Positions 1 to 9,935 are shown, counted from the stretch's first letter. The stretch: DNA of 32,000 nucleotides from Candidatus Thorarchaeota archaeon (GCA_003345555.1 PRDJ01000039.1:1-32000); one strand, 5' to 3'. Notes: a model not told the origin generated them from the sequence alone. A program made the numbers and translations.

Positions 1-421
1 ACTCATAGCTAACTGCTACAAGTGTTTGTACCCACCAGGCAAGTTCCTCGAGCGTTGTGCAAGGAGGCGTGGCCACCTCCAGAATCCACGTCAGGCTGGT
101 GACGTTCGGGTCGTGACCGACTAGGGTGAACTCACTAACCTCTCCTTCTGGGTTCTCGTAGCTCACCACGATTCGCGATCCTCTCTCGCCCTCTTCAGTC
201 TGGAGAGACCGCCTATACTTCTTCTTGACTGATGACAACTCTGCCGTCCTTATTCTCTTCTCCAACAGGTTCTTTGCATTTGAGACTAGCCTATCGAAGA
301 TTTGGAGTATCTCATTTCCCCTCATCCATGTGCCGTCTTTTCGTATGAGCTGCAATTCAATTTCGATGCCGTGAGGAAAAGGGAGCGGGGTCTCTTTCGA
401 TACCGAAGATTCAATCCGCAT
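1..421 (-). CDS. Glutamate--cysteine ligase family 2 (GCS2/YbdK-like carboxylate-amine ligase), N-terminal part, truncated by the window edge
   Basis: Not in the ORF track. Manual translation from ATG 421 gives MRIESSVSKETPLPFPHGIEIELQLIRKDGTW...WILEVATPPCTTLEELAWWVQTL, open to base 1. GxExELQL and LEVATPPC resemble the GCS2 GVEEEFQL and IELxTPxC motifs. Confidence 0.65.
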   Translation of the reverse strand, partial: MRIESSVSKETPLPFPHGIEIELQLIRKDGTWMRGNEILQIFDRLVSNAKNLLEKRIRTAELSSVKKKYRRSLQTEEGERGSRIVVSYENPEGEVSEFTLVGHDPNVTSLTWILEVATPPCTTLEELAWWVQTLVAVSYE

Positions 422-601
422 ATTCCTACACCTGGCATGAGGGATAGATGTGAGAGTGATTTTCTCACACACTCTACATTATGATACTGGGAGACGCAAA
501 TCAATCTAAGGACATTGCTTGTTGGCCCTCGAATCGTTCCATTGGTCTTCCTTTGCTGTTATTACCCTTGTTGATTGTTGCAGGAGATACCCGACTTCTC
601 G

Positions 602-1051
602 TCAGTCTGTTGAGACCAGTTGGTACGCTTCCCTCGCTTTCTTGCTTAGCTCATCAAGTCTGTACCACACAGTTTCCCTGCCGCGTCGTTGGGCAAGCAA
701 TTTAATCAATTGGCCGTAGTCAAACTCAGCTAGATCTCTGACCAGGACAATAGCTCTTTCGTCTTTGAAGTGACTTGAGTTGACCCTCCCGTCGCGAAGA
801 CGGACGGCAAGAGGCTGAAGCACCTTTTCAGCAGAGTCGAGTTTTATCAGAGCATTTCTGAAGTTCTTGGCGGGATCCTTCATGGCTAGGCCACCTACGA
901 AGGGAGTCAGAGTCATCCCGAAGTCTCCCTTTCCTATTTCGTTAAGTGTGTCCATGACCTCTTGGAACAGGGATTGCGCATCCGATAGGCATCTCCTTAT
1001 TCCATCAAGGGTTTTCGTCCGTTCTGGCACACTCACACCTCCCAATGACAT
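602..1051 (-). CDS. Hypothetical helical protein (about 142-149 aa)
   Basis: 3' part of track ORF 602..1264, whose upstream part overlaps oppF. Likely start is ATG 1051 or GTG 1030, the latter preceded by a GGAGGT SD. Confidence 0.6.
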   Translation of the reverse strand: MSLGGVSVPERTKTLDGIRRCLSDAQSLFQEVMDTLNEIGKGDFGMTLTPFVGGLAMKDPAKNFRNALIKLDSAEKVLQPLAVRLRDGRVNSSHFKDERAIVLVRDLAEFDYGQLIKLLAQRRGRETVWYRLDELSKKAREAYQLVSTD

Positions 1052-1115
1052 ACCGAACAACTCGTAGTTAATCAGTGCTGGGCTTCCGCACTGACACGAA
1101 AATAGGAATGCACCT

Positions 1116-2177
1116 CTAGGATCCGAGAGATCCGCCGAGCTCGCCGGCAAAGTGGCATGCGACAAAGTGCCCGTAGCCCATGTCTCTGTCCTCTGGGATT
1201 TCCCGTACACAAATCTCTTGAGCATAAGGGCACCGTGGATGAAACCTACAACCTGGCGGGACATTTATGGGGCTCGGAGGCTCACCTTTCAAAGACTCTA
1301 CTCGACGCTTTACAGTGGGGTCCCCAGAGGGCACCGCTGAGATCAGTGCTCGTGTATACGGATGCTCAGGTTTGAAGGCAATGTCATGAGCTGGCCCTAT
1401 TTCGACAATCTTGCCAAGGTACATGATGGCTATTCGGTCGGCGATGTATGTTGCCACGGCCAAGTCATGCGTTATGAAAAGGTAAGTTAGTCCCAAGTCT
1501 TTCCTGAGCTTCAGCAGCAGATTGAGGATTTCTGCACGAATTGATACATCAAGCATTGAAACGGGCTCGTCTGCAACCATGAATTGCGGGTGAAGGATCA
1601 GGGCTCGAGCTACCGAAATTCGTTGCCTCTGACCTCCTGACAGCTCATGAGGATACCTATCTATGTAGTCATCAGCTGGCGTTAAGGCCACGTTCTCAAG
1701 GACCTCAAGCACACGTTCCCTCCTTTGGCTAGGCGTGAGCGGGAGCTTGTGCACCATCAGCGGTTCTGACACTATGTTGAAGATACTCTGTTTTGGGTTG
1801 AGGGATTCGTAAGGATCTTGGAACGTAATCTGCATTCGCTTTCTGAGTTCTTTCATCTCGGTCCTGTCCAACGTTGCCAAGTCTACGCCAGCGTAGGAAA
1901 TCTGGCCATCTGTTGGGGTCTCAAGATAGAGCAAGCATCTACCGGTGGTTGTCTTGCCGCAGCCCGATTCGCCAGCTAGGACCAAGATTTCTCCTTTCTT
2001 TATGTCGAACGTGACACCGTCTACTGCTCTTACATACAGCTCCTGTTTGTAGAGCAACGAGGAGAGAAAGCCTGTGTTCACCGGGAACCACTTGCGTACA
2101 GCTCGTACAGATATCAGTGTCTCGCCGTCTGCTACATCTTGCATCTCGGTCAGGTACCTACTTGCCATTGTTGCCAT
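1116..2177 (-). CDS. oppF: Oligopeptide/dipeptide ABC transporter ATP-binding subunit (OppF/DppF)
   Basis: Walker [18 protein letters not shown], signature ELSGGQRQR, Walker B MVADEP, C-terminal [11 protein letters not shown]. Start moved to ATG 2177, just after the oppD stop. Confidence 0.93.
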   Translation of the reverse strand: MATMASRYLTEMQDVADGETLISVRAVRKWFPVNTGFLSSLLYKQELYVRAVDGVTFDIKKGEILVLAGESGCGKTTTGRCLLYLETPTDGQISYAGVDLATLDRTEMKELRKRMQITFQDPYESLNPKQSIFNIVSEPLMVHKLPLTPSQRRERVLEVLENVALTPADDYIDRYPHELSGGQRQRISVARALILHPQFMVADEPVSMLDVSIRAEILNLLLKLRKDLGLTYLFITHDLAVATYIADRIAIMYLGKIVEIGPAHDIAFKPEHPYTRALISAVPSGDPTVKRRVESLKGEPPSPINVPPGCRFHPRCPYAQEICVREIPEDRDMGYGHFVACHFAGELGGSLGS

Positions 2178-2188
2178 TTTCAATTCCC

Positions 2189-3196
2189 CTAGTCGAGTTC
2201 TATCTTTATCTGCCCCTTGAGCTGTCTTGCGAAGTGGCATGATACAAACCTGCCCGGCTCGATTTCATCAAGGACTGGATCCTCTTTGGTGCAGATGTCT
2301 TGAGAGTATGGACATCTCGGATGGAATCGACAGCCAGTTGGTGGCTCGATGAGGTCGGGCGGCGACCCCGGGATTGATGAGAGTGACTTCTTTTCAGCCT
2401 TCACCATGCTGGGGATTGCGCCGACAAGCCCAGTAGCATAGGGATGGATTGGATCCTTGAAGACCGACACGACGTCTGCAAGTTCTGCGATTCGCCCGGC
2501 GTACATTATCGCGACTTTGTCGCATGTTTCTGCGATGACACTCAAATCATGCGTGATTAGAATCAGTGACAAGCCAAGGTCTTTCTGTAGCTTCTGCATG
2601 AGTTTCAGGATCTGGGCCTGAATTGTTACGTCAAGAGCAGTCGTTGGCTCGTCTGCTATAACGAGATCTGGGTTGCATGCCAAGGCCATTGCTATCATGG
2701 CTCTTTGCCGCATGCCACCACTGAATTCGTGTGGATAGTTGTGTATTCGACTGGGGTCAAGCCCGACCATCTCAAAAAGCTTGGCACACCTGTCGAGAGC
2801 CTCTTCATCGGTAACATTCTCGTGCATCAAGATGGCTTCTGCGATTTGGTTTCCAATCTGAAAGACTGGATTCAGAGCGTTCATTGCGCCTTGGAAGACG
2901 ATTGCTATGTTCTTCCATCTGATGTCTCTCATCTCTCGTGGGCTCTTGCGCAGAAGATCCTCTCCTTTGAAATAGCAGTTGCCCCCCACGACGTTGGCCG
3001 CTGGTGGCAAGAGCTGCATGACAGAATATGCGAGACTGCTTTTGCCGCAGCCGCTTTCACCGGCAAGTCCAAGGGACTCGCCCGGCTCCAGCTGGAGAGA
3101 AACGTTGTCCACGGCCTTAACCAGACCCTTCTGTGTCTGATAATACATGCGCAGGTTTCTGATGTCGAGCAAAGGCATGTTTGTGTTCTCCGCCAA
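2189..3196 (-). CDS. oppD: Oligopeptide/dipeptide ABC transporter ATP-binding subunit (OppD/DppD)
   Basis: [55 protein letters not shown] start (alternative ATG 3178). Confidence 0.93.
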   Translation of the reverse strand: MAENTNMPLLDIRNLRMYYQTQKGLVKAVDNVSLQLEPGESLGLAGESGCGKSSLAYSVMQLLPPAANVVGGNCYFKGEDLLRKSPREMRDIRWKNIAIVFQGAMNALNPVFQIGNQIAEAILMHENVTDEEALDRCAKLFEMVGLDPSRIHNYPHEFSGGMRQRAMIAMALACNPDLVIADEPTTALDVTIQAQILKLMQKLQKDLGLSLILITHDLSVIAETCDKVAIMYAGRIAELADVVSVFKDPIHPYATGLVGAIPSMVKAEKKSLSSIPGSPPDLIEPPTGCRFHPRCPYSQDICTKEDPVLDEIEPGRFVSCHFARQLKGQIKIELD

Positions 3197-3469
3197 GCCT
3201 GTGGAATTCTACGTGGGTGTGGTCCTACCTCACCCTTCTAGGATGCCGAAGCTCTTGAGTGGGCTTAAATATGTTCCTTTCAAAGAAGTGGCAATTCGCA
3301 ATTCCGTTACGGACTTCAATGTACAATTAGGAATGTCGGTTGAATAAGTGTTCAATGTTCTCACGTCAGACAGACAGATATCACAGAGACCGTAACCACA
3401 CATGATGGCCGCGAAGAGATGCTTGAACCCCGCCCTATTCAATAATACTAAAAGGGAACTAGCGTTATC

Positions 3470-3799
3470 ATGAGATTGATTCAGATGCGAGGAAGACCAT
3501 TCCCGGAGACCGTGAGGGCGCCGAACAAACGAATCTTCTTGATTCCCGTTGCCCTTATCTTTGGCGGGTTGCTACTTACTTACCTGCACCCTTGGTTGTC
3601 GACCGGTTTCTTTGGCATCGTAATCTCGCTCGCTGGTGTGGTGTCCTTCTTCTTCGTGGGCCTGCTTTTCGCAGATTTCTGGGCCTCTGCCCATCTTACC
3701 AAGTCGCTCATGAAGGACAAGGGGGCGGTCGAAGTCGAAGAGGGAGAGAGAAGTTCCGTATCTGACCCGTTCGAAGATGAGTTGGACAGCGACAAGTGA
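3470..3799 (+). CDS. Small membrane protein (two hydrophobic helices, acidic C-terminus)
   Basis: 109-aa ORF filling the gap between the divergent opp blocks; hydrophobic segments IFLIPVALIFGGLLLTYL and FFGIVISLAGVVSFFFVGLLF. Confidence 0.7.
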   Translation: MRLIQMRGRPFPETVRAPNKRIFLIPVALIFGGLLLTYLHPWLSTGFFGIVISLAGVVSFFFVGLLFADFWASAHLTKSLMKDKGAVEVEEGERSSVSDPFEDELDSDK

Positions 3800-3956
3800 G
3801 AGAAGTCTCTCCTGCGGCGTAGCCCATTACTTCAACCAAACTGTTTTTTAGGCACCCGCCAGGGTTTGCTATGCACAAGAGTCATGGCTATAGGCGTGTC
3901 TGAGTCTCAGACCAACATTAGCAGCTGTTCTTGACTCTTCACAAGGAGGTCAGCAC

Positions 3957-5522
3957 TTGTCCCGGAAGACGAGTTGGAAAGACAGCAATTGGTACGTGAG
4001 CATTAGAGGGTTTGTGAGAGAGTATCGCAAACACCGTGTAGGCGTCTTTGGAGTTATCCTTCTACTCTTCTTCATTGGAATGGCGGTCTTCGCGCCCAAC
4101 CTTGCTACAAACGACCCGGGTCGCAGTGAGAGAGTAGCATCTCCTTTTGAAGCGCCCGGCTGGGCTCAGGTGTTTGACCCCAATGCGATTACGACGGGAG
4201 AGTATATGCCCGACCCGCTATTTGCTTCTGCACCAACAGAGGTGATAGCCGGAAACTCAACAGAGTTCGGTATGGTTCATCACGCAGCGGTCAACGAAGA
4301 GGATCCAAGCTATGTGAATCTGACATGGACACATACTGCAAACACTCCGCTTGATTTCGTTGTGCCACCCATACCGCTGAGCCAGTTGCCCGACTGTCGT
4401 GACTTCGTCTACATCAACGAGACTTTGGATTGGCCAAAGGATCGCTTGCCGAATGGAGTCAACTTCACCGTAAACTATGGGGTAACCCTGTCCGGAGATT
4501 TTCTAAACGAGACCAATGGCGGACTGATGTTCAAGGTTTACGCTTGGTTGATTGACACATCAAATGAGTGGACGATGATCTACTCTTCATCTCCGCCATA
4601 CACGCCCATCATTCAACCACGCCGTAGTCTGCTGAGTTCATTTGAAATCAACTATGCATGGGCCGGAATGATAAGGGAAAACGGAACACAAGAGGATCCT
4701 GCGGACCGGCTCACAGTTGCAATAGGGCTCGCCCCGACCAAACAATTCCGTTATTTCAGCGGTGAATATCCTTGGACGGAGTACAACGGGTCCGTTACTG
4801 TCCAAGTCATGTCAGTCAGTATGATTTGCTATGGCGGCTACTATGGAGTTATGGGGACTACGAATCAGGGAGCGGATGCTTGGAGCCAACTTGTGTTTGG
4901 TGCTAGGATGTCATTGACAATCGGAATTCTTGCCACTGCTTTGTCGACTGTCATCGGCGTTGTGGTTGGCTTGGTTGCTGGCTACTCGGGCGGCAAAGTG
5001 GATGAGGTACTCATGCGATTCGTGGACTTCCTGCTCGTTATCCCATTCCTGCCTCTAATGCTGGTTCTAGCTGTCTTCCTTGGACGGTCTGCTGCGAACA
5101 TAATATTCGTAATTGCGATACTGGGTTGGACCACCGTGGCCCGTCTTATTAGATCACAAGTGATGGCCGAGAAGAACAAGGCCTACGTTGAATCCGCCAG
5201 AGCAATCGGCGCATCGGACACGTATGTCATGTTCAAGCATATATTGCCTAACGTTACTCCTATTCTATTTGCCACCATAACGCTCGGGGTTGTAGGAGCA
5301 ATCCTGTCTGAAGCCGGCCTCGCTTTCTTGGGACTCACAGATGCTACCTACCCAAGCTGGGGCATCATGCTCTCCGATGCGCAGCAGAATGGGGCATTTG
5401 GCGTTGGTGCTTGGTGGGTTGTTCTGTTCCCCGGTCTAGCAATCACAGGTCTGTCGCTTTCCTTCACGTTCATAGGACATACACTTGACCAAGTGCTTAA
5501 TCCACGATTGAGAGAGAGGTGA
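3957..5522 (+). CDS. oppC: Peptide ABC transporter permease (OppC/DppC) with a large extracytoplasmic insertion
   Basis: OppC N-terminal helix and TM1, then about 245 aa of insert, then GTTNQGAD..SQLVFGARMSL, EAA loop YVESARAIGAS..HILPN, SWGIML. SD AAGGAGGT at 3943-3950, TTG start. Confidence 0.92.
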   Translation: MSRKTSWKDSNWYVSIRGFVREYRKHRVGVFGVILLLFFIGMAVFAPNLATNDPGRSERVASPFEAPGWAQVFDPNAITTGEYMPDPLFASAPTEVIAGNSTEFGMVHHAAVNEEDPSYVNLTWTHTANTPLDFVVPPIPLSQLPDCRDFVYINETLDWPKDRLPNGVNFTVNYGVTLSGDFLNETNGGLMFKVYAWLIDTSNEWTMIYSSSPPYTPIIQPRRSLLSSFEINYAWAGMIRENGTQEDPADRLTVAIGLAPTKQFRYFSGEYPWTEYNGSVTVQVMSVSMICYGGYYGVMGTTNQGADAWSQLVFGARMSLTIGILATALSTVIGVVVGLVAGYSGGKVDEVLMRFVDFLLVIPFLPLMLVLAVFLGRSAANIIFVIAILGWTTVARLIRSQVMAEKNKAYVESARAIGASDTYVMFKHILPNVTPILFATITLGVVGAILSEAGLAFLGLTDATYPSWGIMLSDAQQNGAFGVGAWWVVLFPGLAITGLSLSFTFIGHTLDQVLNPRLRER

Positions 5523-6589
5523 TGATAATGGGACTTCGTGAGTATGTGATTAGAAGAAGCATCTACATGTTCCTACTTATCATAGCGGTCATCTGTTTCA
5601 ATTTCCTTCTCTTCAGGCTTCCATCACTCGTGCTAGGTGTGAGCCCTGTGGACTTGATGATTAGTGATAGGTTGCGCCAGCGCATGTCGCGTGAACTGCT
5701 TCTGCAGCTCTACGCCAGATTTGGGCTTGTTCCTAACCCTGACATATTCGACTGGATCTATATGTTCTGGCGATACCTCGTCAGCATGCTGACAGGCAAC
5801 TTCGGCTATTCCTTTGCTACCCAGACGCCAGTAATAGGCGAGATCATGGAGCGATTGCCAAACACGCTCCTGCTGATGGGCACATCGTCGGTTGTGGCGA
5901 TTATCATCGGGATTTGGACTGGAGTGAAGGTTGCCGTTGATCCGGGCTCAAGAAGGGACGTTGGTTCGGTCACTGTCGCACTGTTCATCTTTGCTCTTCC
6001 CGTATTCTGGTTCGGGCTCATGTTGTTGATGATCTTCGGTTTCATGTTGCCTAATGCGACGCAGGCTCTTTTCGGTGTCCCGATAGGGTTTCCATTGGGA
6101 GGCACGATCGAATACGGCCTTTGGGTGCAGGCCCAACAGAGTCCGTTCGGTGCTATCATGATAGCTGGCGACATACTTTATCATCTGATTCTCCCGATGA
6201 TAGCCTTAGGTGTGGGCGGATACGGCGGCTACTTCATTTACATGCGCAACAACCTGATTGACGTGATGACGGAAGACTACATACTCACCGCTCGCGCCAA
6301 GGGACTCGACGAGAACCAGGTCTTGTACAAGCACGGAATGAAGAACGCGATGTTACCAATGGTGACCATAATCGCATTGACTTTTGGTGGTCTTATTGGC
6401 GGTGCTCCACTGACGGAGACCGTTTTCAACTGGCATGGGCTTGGCAGATATATACTGCAAAGTCTTGTTGCCTTGGACTACCCCGTCTCACAAGCGGCAT
6501 TCATGATTCTGTCGATAACAACTATTCTTGCTAACTTCGTCGCAGACATGCTGTACGGTGTCCTAGATCCCCGTATTAGGTACGCGTGA
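5519..6589 (+). CDS. oppB: Peptide ABC transporter permease (OppB/DppB)
   Basis: GNFGYSF, ERLPNTLLL, EAA loop EDYILTARAKGL..HGMKNA, ETVFNWHGLG, DPRIRY. 4-bp overlap (GTGA) with oppC. Confidence 0.93.
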   Translation: MMIMGLREYVIRRSIYMFLLIIAVICFNFLLFRLPSLVLGVSPVDLMISDRLRQRMSRELLLQLYARFGLVPNPDIFDWIYMFWRYLVSMLTGNFGYSFATQTPVIGEIMERLPNTLLLMGTSSVVAIIIGIWTGVKVAVDPGSRRDVGSVTVALFIFALPVFWFGLMLLMIFGFMLPNATQALFGVPIGFPLGGTIEYGLWVQAQQSPFGAIMIAGDILYHLILPMIALGVGGYGGYFIYMRNNLIDVMTEDYILTARAKGLDENQVLYKHGMKNAMLPMVTIIALTFGGLIGGAPLTETVFNWHGLGRYILQSLVALDYPVSQAAFMILSITTILANFVADMLYGVLDPRIRYA

Positions 6590-7006
6590 GCCCCGATTAC
6601 TGAATAAGGCGCAGGAAGGTCGCACGTTGTGTCATCACGAAATACTATGAGATAGGCAGGTTGAGCTGCCTTGTCTCTCTCCTCGTGATTACGCTCCTTG
6701 AACAAGGGTCGCCGGTTTTGTCTATCGTTGCCGGGACGCGGCGAGTTGTCTTCTTCCCTAGTCTCCTGCATTCGATCGCTTTCATCAATCGCATATTGGA
6801 CGAAGTGTCAAACCCCCTACTCAGGGAGAGCCAGTCGGAGATAAGGGCTCCCTATAGGTAGTGAAGTCTGCGGCTTTCGTCTCTCAAGCTCGCATGGTTT
6901 GTAAAGCAATCCTACCAGATGTGTCAGGCGTCCAACATAATGCTTTTATGTGGGCATCTTGATAGAGGGTCGAACCGCTCTAGACTCGGAGGAGATAGAG
7001 AGATAA

Positions 7007-8827
7007 ATGCTTACTAGTCGTGCGAAGAGGATACTCGGTATCAGCCTTGCCCTGACTTTCTTCTTGATGGCTGTGTCTCCGATGTTTGCTTCGGCAGCAA
7101 CGGTACCCGGAAACCAGAAGACGGGTCCGTACATCGACAAATTCATCCTGAAGAACAGAGCTTCTGATGTAGAAGTCCTCTCGCTTCTAAATAACGAGGT
7201 CGACCTTATCGGTGAGCAGGTCGATCCGCAATACCTGCCGTCTTTGCAGGCGGCAGACAATATCAATATTGAAAGCCTCCATAGAAATGGGTACGGTTTC
7301 ATTACTATGAAGTGTGACAAGTACCCGTTCAACATCACGAGCTTCAGAAGGGCCCTCGCCTTCGCAATAGACAAGTATTACATCTCGGACACGATATGGG
7401 CAGGTCTATCACAACCACAGGACTCCTGTGTTGCGGCAGTGAACCCGTATTCAATAGAGGGCTCGATGCCTTATACCTACTATGAATCCAACATGCCGCT
7501 AGCCCTGCAGATGCTGATCGATGCTGGTTTCTTGGACTCGAACGCCGACGGTTGGAGAGAGGCTCCTAACGGTGATTTATTCTCTCCCCAAGTGGTTTGC
7601 ACTGGAAGCGACTCTATAGCTAGTGCAAGTGGTGCATACACAGTCCAAGTTCTCCAATCTCTAGGAATCCATGCAATTTACAACGGAGCAGATTTCAACC
7701 AGTTCATCGCAGCCGTCAACAACCACCAGGACTATGACATTCTGTTCCATGGCATAGGATTCACCACATTTGATGTGGATTGGCTCGGTTACATGTTCTG
7801 GTCCGGCTATGTGAACGAACCCTATCAGAACGAACCATGCTGGAGCAACGCGAGCTACGATGCGTGGAGAGAACCGCTCCTGCATTCAACGAACTACACC
7901 GAAGTGTTCGAAGCAGCTCAGGAGATGCAGAAGATCTGGATCTACAACTGCCCAGAAATCATCTTCTACGAAAACACTTACCTGAGCGCCTACAGGACCG
8001 ACAAGTTCGAGGGAACTGTCAACGCTATCCAAGGTGTAGCCAACTGGTGGACGAACGAGAAAGTGCACTTGAAGGCATCTCTGGGAGGACCCTTTGGTGG
8101 TGACTACCGCTGGAGCCTTCCACAAGCCATTGAAGGCTTCAACATCCTCACAATAAGCTCGGCCTACTCATGGTATGTCGTGCAAGAGTTCTATGATGCG
8201 ATGATTATTGTAGATGCCAAGGGTAATGACGTGCCTTGGCTGGCTTCTTCGTGGACTATCGCGACACATGCTGATGACGATGCGGTGCCCGATGGTCACA
8301 CAAGGATTACCTTTGACATGATTCAGAATGCAACATGGACAGACGGAGCGCCTCTCACTGCAGCCGACGCAGCCTTTTCTCTTAACTTCTACAGGGATGC
8401 ACCGGGGAACCAGTTCGGGCCATACCTGACCGACATGACTGCAGCGTACGCAAAGACGCCATATCAACTCGTGGTTGAGTTCAGCACGGAGTCTTTGTGG
8501 CACCTGCATGCCTGCGGATACCAATCCATACTCCCGAAGCACTTCTTCCTCGAGCAGGGAATACTCACCACCAACTACAACACTTGGATTCCCGTTCCAC
8601 CAGGTGACGAAATGGTGACATCGGGACCATTCAATGTGTCCAACTATGTTGCAGGTGAGTTCGTTGAGATGACATACAACCCGAACTACTTCTATGGCAT
8701 CCAGCACACCACTACCACGACCACTACTGTAACAGGACCTGACCTCACCATGGCGATAGTTGCCGGTGCTGTCGGAGCCGCAGTGGTCATCCTCGTTGGT
8801 GGATATGTACTGATGAGACAGAAGTGA
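7007..8827 (+). CDS. oppA: Peptide ABC transporter substrate-binding protein (family 5), apparently circularly permuted; N-terminal signal peptide, C-terminal Thr-rich linker and TM anchor
   Basis: Family-5 motifs RRALAFAID, WSNASYD, PWLASSW, NATWTDGAPLTAADAAFSL, SGPF..YNPNYF. C-terminus T7-VTGPD followed by a hydrophobic helix and MRQK. Confidence 0.88.
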   Translation: MLTSRAKRILGISLALTFFLMAVSPMFASAATVPGNQKTGPYIDKFILKNRASDVEVLSLLNNEVDLIGEQVDPQYLPSLQAADNINIESLHRNGYGFITMKCDKYPFNITSFRRALAFAIDKYYISDTIWAGLSQPQDSCVAAVNPYSIEGSMPYTYYESNMPLALQMLIDAGFLDSNADGWREAPNGDLFSPQVVCTGSDSIASASGAYTVQVLQSLGIHAIYNGADFNQFIAAVNNHQDYDILFHGIGFTTFDVDWLGYMFWSGYVNEPYQNEPCWSNASYDAWREPLLHSTNYTEVFEAAQEMQKIWIYNCPEIIFYENTYLSAYRTDKFEGTVNAIQGVANWWTNEKVHLKASLGGPFGGDYRWSLPQAIEGFNILTISSAYSWYVVQEFYDAMIIVDAKGNDVPWLASSWTIATHADDDAVPDGHTRITFDMIQNATWTDGAPLTAADAAFSLNFYRDAPGNQFGPYLTDMTAAYAKTPYQLVVEFSTESLWHLHACGYQSILPKHFFLEQGILTTNYNTWIPVPPGDEMVTSGPFNVSNYVAGEFVEMTYNPNYFYGIQHTTTTTTTVTGPDLTMAIVAGAVGAAVVILVGGYVLMRQK

Positions 8828-8840
8828 GACAGTTTCGGCC

Positions 8841-8878
8841 GATAGGGGACGCTAGTCCCCTCTCTTCCTTTTTTTCAT
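8841..8878 (+). terminator. Stem-loop plus T-tract terminator after oppA
   Basis: AGGGGAC-GCTA-GTCCCCT (8844-8861) followed by CTCTTCC and T7, starting 17 nt after the stop codon. Confidence 0.7.
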
Positions 8879-8999
8879 GCCTCCTCAATCATTGTAAACC
8901 GACTGGCAAGTTTGCCCGAGGACAGTCATCCTCTCATTGCCTGTTGCTCTGAGAGATTCGCATATAACTCGTGGCAGAAAGTCTCTGATTGGTGCTCAA

Positions 9000-9872
9000 A
9001 TGAGGTTTGACAAGGATCGCGGTAAGCTTCTCATCCTTTCTCTGCTGCCGCTGATTCTGGGCTCGACAATCGCCCTGTCGGTCGCAGGTTCTTCGCTCAT
9101 GGGCCAGTTGCTTGTAAGCAGTCCCACCTTTTCTGCGGCTGAGATAGCTGTCCAAGCTGCGGTCTCTACTGTTCTCGGAATGACCGTAGTGCTGGCACTC
9201 TTTTGGATTACGGAGAGGGGTGGTCGAAGAGGACAGAAACTGGTAGTGGCACTTGTGATGTCACCTATGCTTGGATTCATTTCGCTATTCTCTGGCGAAT
9301 CCCTGCTTTTGGTGATGTTCAAGGGGTCAACAAATGTGCTGATGGCTATCGTGCTGATAGCGTCGCTCGGTGTCTCATTGATTTCAATCGTGTTGATACT
9401 GACCGACGTGATTCCCCCGATAGTCCGCGGCGCGTTTGCCGGATTCTATGGTAGCGTGTTCGGTACGTTTCTCGGAATCACGATGATGACATCAAGCATG
9501 ATTGTAATCGTGATGTCGATAGCAGTAGAAGACTACCTGCTCACAAGATATTCGCCGGCCGCAAGGGCAGAGCAGATAAGCGAGCAAGTTGGTTCGGATC
9601 CGTTTGACTATGCGCGCATCAAATCTGGAAGCGCAACAGTTGGGGCGGGAGACTACATAACTTACTCCCTCATAGCCGCCCAATCGATAGTCTTCTTTCC
9701 ATTCTATGTTTGGGCAATGACGGTGCTCCTACTGGTATTTGGAATGTTCATCAATGTGACAGTACTCGTGCGAGAGGGAATTATCCTCCCGGCAATACCC
9801 CTGCCAGCGCTCATTGCGCTTTTTCCTTGGTTTGTGCACTTGAGTGTCCTTGCATTATTGCCCGGTCTGTAG
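9000..9872 (+). CDS. Presenilin/signal-peptide-peptidase-type intramembrane aspartyl protease (GxGD family)
   Basis: Multi-TM protein with SIAVED (first Asp, 9531), VGAGD (GxGD, 9642-9653) and a C-terminal PAIPLP (PAL-like) motif. Start ATG 9000 preferred over the track start 8937. Confidence 0.78.
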   Translation: MRFDKDRGKLLILSLLPLILGSTIALSVAGSSLMGQLLVSSPTFSAAEIAVQAAVSTVLGMTVVLALFWITERGGRRGQKLVVALVMSPMLGFISLFSGESLLLVMFKGSTNVLMAIVLIASLGVSLISIVLILTDVIPPIVRGAFAGFYGSVFGTFLGITMMTSSMIVIVMSIAVEDYLLTRYSPAARAEQISEQVGSDPFDYARIKSGSATVGAGDYITYSLIAAQSIVFFPFYVWAMTVLLLVFGMFINVTVLVREGIILPAIPLPALIALFPWFVHLSVLALLPGL

Positions 9873-9935
9873 AGCACTTTGTGCGCTAAGCGGAAAGGAA
9901 ATATCTCAAGTGAATGTGTCGAGATTTGACACCTG

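Noticed and set aside
1052-1264. N-terminal extension of track ORF 602..1264
   Set aside because: Overlaps the 3' end of oppF on the same strand; a good SD supports a later start.
2705-3241. 178-aa plus-strand ORF and many similar 60-230 aa track ORFs (e.g. 12883-13584, 15955-16572, 19702-20304, 20862-21479, 24278-24964)
   Set aside because: They lie antisense to, or out of frame within, well-supported genes and have no recognisable motifs; treated as shadow ORFs.
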